Below the pieces are notes generated by a model. That model was not told the origin of the DNA. It ran no database searches and worked only from the letters and a program-made list of their open reading frames with translations. Shown here piece after piece: positions 1 to 8,880 of a stretch of DNA of 27,206 nucleotides. Source of the stretch: Nitrospira japonica. GTDB lineage: Bacteria; Nitrospirota; Thermodesulfovibrionia; Thermodesulfovibrionales; SM23-35. Every line of letters starts with the position of its first letter. Position 1 is the stretch's first letter. The stretch lies in the NCBI GenBank assembly GCA_020725385.1, contig DYFC01000070.1, positions 1 through 27,206 on the forward strand, given 5' to 3'. Made by a program: the position numbers and the translations under genes.

Positions 1-459
1 GGTATTGGAACAACATTCAAGATATATCTTCCATTGACTAAAGAAGAAGAGCATTATGCAGGCTCAGAGGTAATGCAGAAGATAGAGGGCGGGACAGAGA
101 CGATACTATTTGCAGAAGATTCTCCGGATGTGAGGGAATCGACGGTGCATTTGCTTGAGGAATTTGGATACAAAGTGATAGAGGCATATGATGGAGAAGA
201 GGCTATAGAGAAATTCAAATTATATAAAGACAAGATACAACTTGTGATACTTGATTTAGTGATGCCAAAGAAAAATGGGATAGAAGTATATGAGGAGATA
301 AAGAAGATAGTTCCTGAGGTGAAAGTAATTTTCACGAGCGGATATTCAGAAGATGTTATTAGCAAGGGGACAATTTTAAAAGAAGGTTATGAAATAATCC
401 AGAAACCCGTTTCTCCAGCACAATTACTGGAAAAAATAAGAGAAATATTAAAGAAGTAG
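1..459 (+). CDS. Hybrid sensor histidine kinase/response regulator, C-terminal fragment (5' end outside the window)
   Basis: Frame 1 is open from base 1 and reads GIGTTFKIYLP (end of a HATPase domain), then a linker and a full receiver (ILFAED...ILDLVMP...TSGY...KP). The ORF-track start at 34 is therefore not the real start. Confidence 0.9.
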   Translation, partial: GIGTTFKIYLPLTKEEEHYAGSEVMQKIEGGTETILFAEDSPDVRESTVHLLEEFGYKVIEAYDGEEAIEKFKLYKDKIQLVILDLVMPKKNGIEVYEEIKKIVPEVKVIFTSGYSEDVISKGTILKEGYEIIQKPVSPAQLLEKIREILKK

Positions 460-1244
460 TGGACATTCCTTATAAAAGATGGTATGAAGCAATTTTCAGA
501 AGAAGATCCCGCAGATTATATAATGGTTTTCCTTTAGAGAGAGAAGCTTTCGAAAAATTAACCATGGTCTGCAACCATTTTCAGCCTTTCAATTCTGCCA
601 GGGCAGTTTTAATAGAAGATGCTAAAAGTGTATTCAAAGGCATTATTGGCGCTTATGGAAAGATCAGGGGAGCGCCTTGTTTTATTTCTTTTATTGGAGA
701 TATGAGAGATAAATATGTTCAGGAGAAAGCTGGCTATACAGGTGAAGGTATTATTCTTGAAGCAACTTCGCTGGGTCTTGGAACATGCTGGGTTGGAAAA
801 TCCTTTGACCCTAAGATTGCAGCTTCTTTTATTGAATTAAAAGAACATGAGAAGATTATCGCTGTAGCTTCCGTTGGATATGCTTCTTCAGAAGAATCTT
901 TTGAAGAAAGACTTTTAACAGGATTTGGTAAAACCCATCACAGGAAACCTCTTGAAAAATTAGTTAAAGGAATCAAAGAAAGTGAGTTTGGCGAATGGAT
1001 AAAGGAAGCCCTTCTTTCAGCACAGCTTGCCCCTTCAGCAGTTAACAGACAACCATGGCGTTTCTTTATAGAAAAAAATAGTATAACAATCTCGGTAGAT
1101 AATTTAAATGATAGCTACGGTATTTCAAAAAGACTTGATTGCGGAATTGCAATGTTGCACATTGAAGTTACAGCACTATATTTTGGCGTAAAAGGCAGAT
1201 GGGATTTTCTTGAGCTGCCAAATGTGGCAAGATTTAATTTTTAG
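459..1244 (+). CDS. Nitroreductase family protein
   Basis: RRSRR FMN-binding motif, ATSLGLGTCWVG and APSAVNRQPWRF motifs. The GTG start overlaps the upstream TAG by 1 nt. Confidence 0.9.
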   Translation: MDIPYKRWYEAIFRRRSRRLYNGFPLEREAFEKLTMVCNHFQPFNSARAVLIEDAKSVFKGIIGAYGKIRGAPCFISFIGDMRDKYVQEKAGYTGEGIILEATSLGLGTCWVGKSFDPKIAASFIELKEHEKIIAVASVGYASSEESFEERLLTGFGKTHHRKPLEKLVKGIKESEFGEWIKEALLSAQLAPSAVNRQPWRFFIEKNSITISVDNLNDSYGISKRLDCGIAMLHIEVTALYFGVKGRWDFLELPNVARFNF

Positions 1245-1282
1245 GGGATTTAAAATATTCTTGACTGTTTCAAAAGAAAATT

Positions 1283-2020
1283 TTAAACAAATCTTCTTTC
1301 AAACTCCAAAAACAAATTAATTCTATCGATTTTCTTGACAGAGTGTGAATACATAATCTGTGTTTCACCGGAGTAAAAATATTGCATCAATACCAATGCA
1401 GCAGAGCCTTCTTTTGTCTCAAGAAGCATGCTCTCATTCAATGAAAGATAAGTAATATCAATATTATTTTTAACCTTTGTTATTTTTATACCATGCTTCT
1501 TTTCGATAATATCAAAGAGAGGTTCTGAATCTATTCTCTCCTCGATTAGCATGGGACAGATATGATATGGAATGTAAGTTTCATTTATTAATATTGGATT
1601 ATTGTCAATGAAATAGAGACGTTTTATATAAATAACATGTTTATCCGGAGAAATATCGAGTTTTATATCAAGATCTTCTACAGGCATCATAACAGTCTGG
1701 GCAAGAATTTTTGTGTGAACAGGAAAATTTGTATCCAGCAGCATCTCTTTTAGAGTTGTTTGCATGGTTAAACCTTCAGACAGAGTGTTTCTGTAGATAA
1801 AAGTGCCTTTGCCTTGCTGTCTCATTAAATATCCCTGCCTGACAAGCTCAAGCACAGCATTTCTTACAGTTGCTTTGCTGACATTATACATTCTGCAAAG
1901 CTCTTCTTCTGTAGGAATCTGAGAACCTAATGCCCATTCACCACTTTCAATTTTGCTCTTAATTATATCAAGCAACTGACGGTATAATTTCTGGTGGTTT
2001 CCTCTGTCAATAACTATCAT
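1283..2020 (-). CDS. GntR family transcriptional regulator (HutC/UTRA type)
   Basis: wHTH (LYRQL...PTEEEL...VSKATVRNAV.ELV..G.L.RQQGKGTF) followed by a UTRA-like C-terminal domain. ATG at 2020 is preferred to the TTG at 2095, whose extension is low-complexity AT-rich sequence. Confidence 0.9.
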   Translation of the reverse strand: MIVIDRGNHQKLYRQLLDIIKSKIESGEWALGSQIPTEEELCRMYNVSKATVRNAVLELVRQGYLMRQQGKGTFIYRNTLSEGLTMQTTLKEMLLDTNFPVHTKILAQTVMMPVEDLDIKLDISPDKHVIYIKRLYFIDNNPILINETYIPYHICPMLIEERIDSEPLFDIIEKKHGIKITKVKNNIDITYLSLNESMLLETKEGSAALVLMQYFYSGETQIMYSHSVKKIDRINLFLEFERRFV

Positions 2021-2253
2021 AAAATAAAACCTTACAATATAAATTTCGTAGTATTTAATAATAATATTATTACAATAAAGCTTTTTGTTTGACAAGAGAA
2101 TTTTTATACGGATACAACCTATTCTGTTATTAAATAAAAAATAAGGATGTATACTAAATAATAATATTATTTAATTGTATAAATAAACAGTCAAATGATA
2201 TATTTAAATAATGAATTATTTTTCAATTTAAGTATAAATTATTATTCTGGAAA

Positions 2254-3981
2254 ATGAAAAAATTTAATCTTTCAAATTTTAAAGAATGGTTTATTTCTCA
2301 CGATTTATTCGGACTTTTAGGTTCAGACCGTTATAAAAGCCTTAAAAGAAGGATTGTTATTCTTGAGGTTGCTTTATCTATACTTCCACTTTTGATAGTT
2401 GTTACAATCAGCTATTTCTGGTTTCAGCAAATTCTTAAAGATGATTACAGGAATCAACTAAAGTGGGATATCGAAAATACCGGACAATCTATTGAGACAT
2501 TTCTTAATGAAAGATTGTCATTTCTAAGATTTCTTACGTTGTCTTATAAATATGATGAGCTCTCTGATTATAAAAAACTTTCAAATGTATTTTACGCATT
2601 CAAAAGAGAATTCCCGGGCATAGTTGATATTGGAATAATTGATGATAATGGTATTCAGATAGCATATGCAGGTCCATATAAATTAACAGGGGTAGATTAT
2701 TCTAATCAGAACTGGTTTAATGAAGTTGTAATTCGTTCTTCGAACATAAGCGATGTTTATATGGGATATAGAAAAATACCTCACTTTTCAATAGCAGTCA
2801 AAAAGGACTTACCTGAAAAAGAAGGTTTCTGGATTATAAGAGCTACGATTGATATGGAAACGTTAAAAAAATATGTCTATGCTTTAAACATCGGAGAAAA
2901 AGATGATTCTTTCATAATTAATAAGGATGGAATTCTACAAACAGATACTCGCTTTCACGGCAAGGCATTAAATAAATATATAGAGACACCGATACCCTCA
3001 AATGAACAAACATTGGTAAAAGAATGTGATATTAAAGTTCACGGACATCAAATATGTGGTTATTCTCCAATCAAAAATACTGATTGGTTTCTTATTACTG
3101 TTATACGTTCGACTCCGTATGCAAGAATACCCGGAATTTTCAGAAATGAATTATTTTTTATCATAATTTTTAGTATCTTACTGAATACTTTTATTACTAC
3201 AGTCATAGCACAGGCAATAGTGAACAAGATAAAACAGACTGACATGGAACGGGAGGAAGCTATTGCTTCCTGCGAACATGCCGGGAAGATGGCTTCAATT
3301 GGCAGGCTCGCATCAGGCGTTGCGCATGAAATAAATAATCCTCTGGCGATAATCAATGAAAAAGCAGGATTAATGAAAGATATTCTCGAATCTTCCGATG
3401 ACCTTCAAAAGAATAAGTATAAATTTCTTTCTTTATTAAATGGAATATTCGATAGTATTACACGGGCACGCACGATAACGCACCGGCTTCTTGGATTTTC
3501 ACGAAGGATGGATCTGTCCCATGATCTTTTTGACTTGAATGAAGCTATTAAAGAGGTAGTAAGTTTTATTGACAAGGAGATTCAGTTTAGAAATATTAAT
3601 CTTGTCTTAAATCTAAGTCCGGAATTACCAAGAATTGAAACTGATAAAGGACAGTTGCAGCAAGTAATTTTAAATATAATAAATAACGCTATAGATGCAG
3701 TGGAAGAAGACGGACGGATTGAAGTAATTACAGAAATGAGAGATAATAATAAAATTAGAATAATAATATCAGACAACGGGATAGGTATTCCAAAAGATAA
3801 AATAAAACATATATTTGAACCATTTTATACTACAAAAGAGAAAGGAAAAGGAACCGGTCTCGGGCTTTCTATATCCTATGGAATTATCCAGAAACTCGGG
3901 GGTAATATATCCGTGGAAAGTGAAGTAGGTAAAGGTACAACTTTTAGTATCGATATGCCGTTAAAGTACGAGGCTATTTGA
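2254..3981 (+). CDS. Membrane sensor histidine kinase with extracytoplasmic Cache-type domain
   Basis: Two TM segments flank a Cache-like region (DYSNQNWF...ISDVYMGYR..PHF.IAV). H box GVAHEINNPL, N box ILNIINNA, G1 DNGIG, F box FEPFYTTK, G2 GTGLGL. Confidence 0.92.
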   Translation: MKKFNLSNFKEWFISHDLFGLLGSDRYKSLKRRIVILEVALSILPLLIVVTISYFWFQQILKDDYRNQLKWDIENTGQSIETFLNERLSFLRFLTLSYKYDELSDYKKLSNVFYAFKREFPGIVDIGIIDDNGIQIAYAGPYKLTGVDYSNQNWFNEVVIRSSNISDVYMGYRKIPHFSIAVKKDLPEKEGFWIIRATIDMETLKKYVYALNIGEKDDSFIINKDGILQTDTRFHGKALNKYIETPIPSNEQTLVKECDIKVHGHQICGYSPIKNTDWFLITVIRSTPYARIPGIFRNELFFIIIFSILLNTFITTVIAQAIVNKIKQTDMEREEAIASCEHAGKMASIGRLASGVAHEINNPLAIINEKAGLMKDILESSDDLQKNKYKFLSLLNGIFDSITRARTITHRLLGFSRRMDLSHDLFDLNEAIKEVVSFIDKEIQFRNINLVLNLSPELPRIETDKGQLQQVILNIINNAIDAVEEDGRIEVITEMRDNNKIRIIISDNGIGIPKDKIKHIFEPFYTTKEKGKGTGLGLSISYGIIQKLGGNISVESEVGKGTTFSIDMPLKYEAI

Positions 3982-3992
3982 GGAGGCTATGA

Positions 3993-4376
3993 ATGTCACA
4001 GATAAAAGTTCTTCTTGTTGATGATGAAATTGAGTTTGTTTCAGCTCTGGCTGAACGTCTGCAGATGAGAAATTACATTGTTAATACAGCTTCAAATGGA
4101 CTTGAAGCAATGGCATTATTTCATAAAAGCCCTCCTGATGTTGTAATACTCGACCTTAGGATCCCCGGTATGAACGGGATAGAAATACTCAAAAGCATTA
4201 AAACATTTGATCCATCTATTGAGGTAATTATACTGACCGGACATGGTGATATAGAAAGTGTTGAACAAGGAATGAAAAGCGGAGCATTTGAATATATAAT
4301 GAAACCAATTGATATAGGTGAATTAACCGCAAAGATTGATAGTGCTATGGAGAAACGGAGAAAAAGTTTAACTTAA
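3993..4376 (+). CDS. Stand-alone response regulator (receiver only)
   Basis: LLVDDE, ILDL, LTGHG and KP receiver motifs; AGGAGG RBS upstream. Confidence 0.92.
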   Translation: MSQIKVLLVDDEIEFVSALAERLQMRNYIVNTASNGLEAMALFHKSPPDVVILDLRIPGMNGIEILKSIKTFDPSIEVIILTGHGDIESVEQGMKSGAFEYIMKPIDIGELTAKIDSAMEKRRKSLT

Positions 4377-4382
4377 AGGAAA

Positions 4383-5042
4383 ATGATGAACCTGAATTTT
4401 GAAGAATTACTACGCCAGCTTCAGATGAGATTCATCGGAAAGATTATCGCAAGTTTTACTCATGAAATTAAGAACCATCTGGCAATAATAAAAGAATCTG
4501 CTGGTTTAATGGATGATATGTTAAGAATAGGAAAGTCTTCTGTAAATACTAATCAATATCTTGATATTCTAAACTCAATTGTTGAACAGGTTGATAGAAG
4601 CATCGATTTGTTCAAGTTCTTGAACAGATTTGCTCATAGAATGGATAATCAATTTTGCAATTTTCAGGTTAATGAAAGTCTTGAAGAATTAATAGCATTA
4701 ATGACACGTCTTGCCAATCAGAAAAAAATTATCTTTGAAAAATCTCTTGAACCAGAACTTCCCGAGCTTTATAATAATCCGTCTTTATTACAGTTAGTCA
4801 TTTTTAGTTTCCTTGAAAAATTTATTCAACAGCTTGCCAGTGGAAGCAGTATTATTGTTGTAACCGGAAAAACAGATAATTGTGTTAAAATAAGTCTTTC
4901 CTTCAAAGGAGAAATTATAAAATCCGAACCATTAAATGATTCATCAGAAATTATAAACGCCATTGTTAAAGAAAAAATGAAAGGAGAAATTGAAGATAAA
5001 GCTGATGCTGTAATGATAACAATTTCTTCTGTTTCAAAGTAA
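4383..5042 (+). CDS. Histidine-kinase-like protein with intact H box and degenerate ATP-binding domain (putative phosphotransferase/pseudokinase)
   Basis: FTHEIKNHLAIIKESAGLM matches the H box of the upstream kinase. No recognisable N, G1, F or G2 box and no sensor domain. Confidence 0.75.
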   Translation: MMNLNFEELLRQLQMRFIGKIIASFTHEIKNHLAIIKESAGLMDDMLRIGKSSVNTNQYLDILNSIVEQVDRSIDLFKFLNRFAHRMDNQFCNFQVNESLEELIALMTRLANQKKIIFEKSLEPELPELYNNPSLLQLVIFSFLEKFIQQLASGSSIIVVTGKTDNCVKISLSFKGEIIKSEPLNDSSEIINAIVKEKMKGEIEDKADAVMITISSVSK

Positions 5043-5060
5043 TCTAATGGAAGTTAATGG

Positions 5061-5462
5061 ATGAAAACTGGTGAAATAAAATTACTCATTGTAGATGATG
5101 AAGTTGCATTTGCCAATACACTTACACAGCGTCTTAAAATCAGGAATATCGAAGCTACTCCTGTATATGATGGAGAGCAGGCTCTTTCAAAACTAAAGGA
5201 ATCAGTTTTTGATGTGGTTTTGCTTGACTTAAAGATGCCCGGTATGCACGGGCTTGATGTGCTAAGGCAAATAAAAAAAATATATCCGGAAATTCAGGTT
5301 ATAATTCTTACAGCTCATGGAACCGATAAAGATGAAGAGGAAGCAAGATTATTTGGAAGTTTTGATTTTTTAAAAAAACCTGCTGATATTGATAATCTTG
5401 AGCAGAAAATAAGGAAGGCTTACAGAGAAAAAAAGAATATTGAAAGAATTAATGGGGAATAG
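5061..5462 (+). CDS. Stand-alone response regulator (receiver only)
   Basis: LIVDDE, LLDLKMPG, LTAHG and KP motifs. Confidence 0.92.
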   Translation: MKTGEIKLLIVDDEVAFANTLTQRLKIRNIEATPVYDGEQALSKLKESVFDVVLLDLKMPGMHGLDVLRQIKKIYPEIQVIILTAHGTDKDEEEARLFGSFDFLKKPADIDNLEQKIRKAYREKKNIERINGE

Positions 5463-5502
5463 ATAAAAATTAGTAACTAATCAATAAAAAGGAGGATATT
5501 CT

Positions 5503-5943
5503 ATGGCAGAAGAACTTAATGCTAATGTTTTGCTGGTGGATGACGAAGAACAGTTCTTAAAAGTATTTTCTCAGAGGCTTGAAGGTAGAGGGTTAAAAGT
5601 TGATACATCAACGAGCGGAGAGGAGGCTATCAATAAAGTTAAAGGCAAAGAATTTGACGCTATAGTTCTCGACCTTGCTATGCCGGGCATGAGCGGTATA
5701 GAAACTCTTAAGAAAATCAAAGCTGAAAATCCTGATTTACAGATTATAATGCTGACAGGACATGGTTCAATTGATAAAGGAGTAGAAGCTATTAAAGCCG
5801 GCGCTATTGACTTCATGGAAAAACCTGCTGACCTTAATAAGATTATGGAAAAGATTGCAGAGGCTAAACATAAAAGATTTGTAATTGTTGAAAAGAAACA
5901 CGAAGAGCACATTAAAGAAATCATACAAAGTAAAGCCTGGTAG
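5503..5943 (+). CDS. Stand-alone response regulator (receiver with short C-terminal helix)
   Basis: LLVDDE, VLDLAMPG, LTGHG and KP motifs; AAGGAGG RBS. Confidence 0.92.
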   Translation: MAEELNANVLLVDDEEQFLKVFSQRLEGRGLKVDTSTSGEEAINKVKGKEFDAIVLDLAMPGMSGIETLKKIKAENPDLQIIMLTGHGSIDKGVEAIKAGAIDFMEKPADLNKIMEKIAEAKHKRFVIVEKKHEEHIKEIIQSKAW

Positions 5944-5961
5944 TTTATAAGAATTTCTGAA

Positions 5962-5996
5962 ATAGCAGAATAACTTTCATAATGTTATTCTGCTAT
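5962..5996. terminator. Hairpin between convergent operons (probable bidirectional terminator)
   Basis: Perfect 13-bp inverted repeat ATAGCAGAATAAC / GTTATTCTGCTAT with a 9-nt loop, lying between stops at 5943 (+) and 6001 (-). Confidence 0.75.
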
Positions 5997-6000
5997 AATT

Positions 6001-7362
6001 TTAATCAGATTCCAGGCCGTATTTTTTTAATTTTCGCCATAGAGAGACACGGTCTATTCCGAGTATTTGAGCTGCGAGAGTTTTACTATTATTGACCTCT
6101 TTAAGCACCCATTGTATATATGTTTTTTCCTGTTCGTCCAGAGATGGAATTTTACCGTCTTTTTTTCTGAACGTTTTTATACTGATTACCTTAAGATCTT
6201 CCGGTAATTGTTCAATATTTATTGTGTTGCCCGTACATAGTGCAACACCTCTTTCAATAATATTTTCCAGTTCTCTAATATTTCCGGGGAAATCATACTC
6301 CTGCAGGATTGCTATTACATCGGATGAAATTTCTTTTATATTTTTTTTCATAACAGCATTATATTTTTTTAGAAAATGATAACAGAGTATCGGAATATCA
6401 TCCCTTCGTTCTGACAATGGGGGGATTTTCAATGATACAACGTTTATTCTAAAATATAAATCTTCTCTAAAATCTCCATTTTTAATAGCTTTACTAATAT
6501 CTCTATTTGTTGCAGCTATGAATCTGACATCAACTTTAATTGGTACCGTGCTACCAACTCTTAAAACTTCTTTTTCCTGTATTACCCTTAAAAGCTTTAC
6601 CTGCATTGAAGGTGGCATTTCAGTTATTTCATCAAGGAAAAGAGTACCTCCTGATGCCATTTCTACCAGACCCTTCTTCATTGTCAGTGCACCGGTAAAA
6701 GCGCCTTTTTCGTGGCCGAACAACTCGCTTGATAGAAGTTCTTCTGTAAAAGCCCCGCAATTTATAGCAAAAAAGGGCCCTTCTGCACGCTTGCTGTTAA
6801 AATGCACATACTTTGCAAAAAGTTCTTTTCCTGTTCCACTTTCTCCTGTTAATAAGATATTGCAGTCTGTTGGTGAAATCTGTTTTGCTGTCTCAAGCAG
6901 TTTTTGCATTGCAATGTTCTGGGTTATTATTTTAACCTTTCCTTGAAAACTTTCAATCTGCTCTCTTAATTCCTTGTTTTCTTTTTTTAGCTTTACTTTT
7001 TCAACAGCTTCTTTAATTATATTTCTAACCAGGTCGAGTTTAAAAGGTTTGGCAATGTAATGGAAGGCACCTTTTTTCATTGCATCAACAGCAGATTCCA
7101 ATGTTGCATATCCGGTAATAAGAATTACCTCTGAATCGGGATGGTCGTTGCGGCATTTTTCAAGTATCTGAAGTCCATCAACTTTTTCCATTCTTAAATC
7201 GGTCAAAATAACATCGAATTTCTGCTCATCAAGCAATTTAAGGGCGTTTATGCCACTACTTGTACCAATAACATCGTAACCTTCTTTTTTCAAAATGTGT
7301 TCGAGATTCTTTACTGCAATTTTTTCATCATCAACTACCAGTATTTTAGTCTCATTAGGCAT
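6001..7362 (-). CDS. Sigma54-dependent response regulator (NtrC/AtoC family bEBP: REC-AAA+-Fis HTH)
   Basis: Receiver domain, Walker A GESGTGKE, GAFTGA loop, Walker B LFLDEI, PGNIREL, and HTH AAQILGIDRVSLWRKLKKY. Confidence 0.95.
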   Translation of the reverse strand: MPNETKILVVDDEKIAVKNLEHILKKEGYDVIGTSSGINALKLLDEQKFDVILTDLRMEKVDGLQILEKCRNDHPDSEVILITGYATLESAVDAMKKGAFHYIAKPFKLDLVRNIIKEAVEKVKLKKENKELREQIESFQGKVKIITQNIAMQKLLETAKQISPTDCNILLTGESGTGKELFAKYVHFNSKRAEGPFFAINCGAFTEELLSSELFGHEKGAFTGALTMKKGLVEMASGGTLFLDEITEMPPSMQVKLLRVIQEKEVLRVGSTVPIKVDVRFIAATNRDISKAIKNGDFREDLYFRINVVSLKIPPLSERRDDIPILCYHFLKKYNAVMKKNIKEISSDVIAILQEYDFPGNIRELENIIERGVALCTGNTINIEQLPEDLKVISIKTFRKKDGKIPSLDEQEKTYIQWVLKEVNNSKTLAAQILGIDRVSLWRKLKKYGLESD

Positions 7363-8858
7363 TAGATTTGCTCCCTTATGGGAAACCTTATCAGAAAAGT
7401 CGATCCCTTACCAATTTCACTACAAACTCCTATGCAACCATCATGTTCATGTATAATTTCCTGAACAATATAAAGTCCAAGCCCCACTCCTTTACCGACA
7501 TCTTTTGTAGTAAAAAAAGGATCAAAAATCTTCGGCAAAACGTCAGGTGGGATTCCGCTTCCTGTATCCTTGATTTCTATATCTATTGTGTCAGTTTTTA
7601 TTGGACATTCACCTGTACAACTACCCTGTTCTTTTGTGTAATCGCAACGTTCATCTATGTCGCCTTTCAAAATATGTTTATATGCTTTTATTGAAACAGT
7701 ACCTTCATTATTAATAGAGTCTATTGCATTTTTAATCAAGTTTAAAAACGCTTGCTGAATCCTCTGCTTATCGGCAAAAATTGTAAATTCATCCGGCACT
7801 TCAATATTGACAGCAATTCTCGTAGGTATTTCACCTTTTAGCAATTGTTTTGTCTCTTGCAGGATTTTATTTAATTGCAAATATTCTCTTTTGAATTTTT
7901 TATCCCTTGAAAACTCGAGTAAAGATTTCACAATATTTTTAGCTTTGTCTGTCTGTTCATCAATCTGGGATAACAATTCTTTTTTGAATTTATTATCAAT
8001 ATCATCGATTTCTTCGATTAATATCTGGCACGATGAAGATATATTTGATAGAGGATTATTCAATTCATGTGCAACTCCGGATATGAGAGTGCCGAGTGAA
8101 GCAAGTTTTTCACGCTGAACAAGATGTTTTTGTCGTAATTCAAGCTCGTAAAGCATTTTGTTGAATGCCTGTGTAAGAGATACAATCTCCCTATCTTTTG
8201 AAATATTAGTTATTTTTTTTAATTTTCCTTTTGAAATTTCATCCATCATTGTTTCAATATTCTTCAGCGGTTTAACGATCATTCTTGATAATATCTGTCC
8301 AACAACTATGCCGATGATTGAAAATGATAGTATCGAAATAATGATAAATTTCCTTATTGTATTGAGCATAGCCTGAATTCTGAGCCGCTCAACTTTTGAA
8401 ATGTTTTCAGCAAAATTTATTATTTCTTTACCTTTCTCCCTGATAGCATTTTCCACTAAACTCAACCTTTTATCATCTTCTGCACTTCTCAAAATAGAAA
8501 ACTGTTTCATTAATAAACGGTATTGATTTAGATTATTCTTTAATTTATCAATATCTACCGAAATAGCAAGATTTTTATAGTCTTTTGTATTCTTATTGAG
8601 AATATCCAGAGCTTTTTCTAAATAAAAAATAGTTTCATTATAGTCTTCAATCTTTTTATATAAAAAGAAATTCTTTTCAAACCTTCTCATTTCAAGGGTT
8701 GCATCGAAAAATTCTGTTACAATTTCTCCGAAGTGTACTTTTTTTTCGATATACCAGAGTTCAATCAAAGTGAAAAGAGAAAGACCAATGATAGCTATTA
8801 TTCCTAAAAAATAGCCCAATGTAATTTTTCGTCTTATGCTTGGATGATACAAAAACAC
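7362..8858 (-). CDS. Membrane sensor histidine kinase with HAMP domain
   Basis: Two TM segments, HAMP (KPLKNI...EIVSLTQAFNKM), GVAHELNNPL, FLNLIKNA, DTGSG, FDPFFTTK, GVGLGL. Its stop overlaps the start of the response regulator. Confidence 0.93.
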   Translation of the reverse strand: MFLYHPSIRRKITLGYFLGIIAIIGLSLFTLIELWYIEKKVHFGEIVTEFFDATLEMRRFEKNFFLYKKIEDYNETIFYLEKALDILNKNTKDYKNLAISVDIDKLKNNLNQYRLLMKQFSILRSAEDDKRLSLVENAIREKGKEIINFAENISKVERLRIQAMLNTIRKFIIISILSFSIIGIVVGQILSRMIVKPLKNIETMMDEISKGKLKKITNISKDREIVSLTQAFNKMLYELELRQKHLVQREKLASLGTLISGVAHELNNPLSNISSSCQILIEEIDDIDNKFKKELLSQIDEQTDKAKNIVKSLLEFSRDKKFKREYLQLNKILQETKQLLKGEIPTRIAVNIEVPDEFTIFADKQRIQQAFLNLIKNAIDSINNEGTVSIKAYKHILKGDIDERCDYTKEQGSCTGECPIKTDTIDIEIKDTGSGIPPDVLPKIFDPFFTTKDVGKGVGLGLYIVQEIIHEHDGCIGVCSEIGKGSTFLIRFPIREQI

Positions 8859-8880
8859 GAATTTCTAATATCTCCATTTG

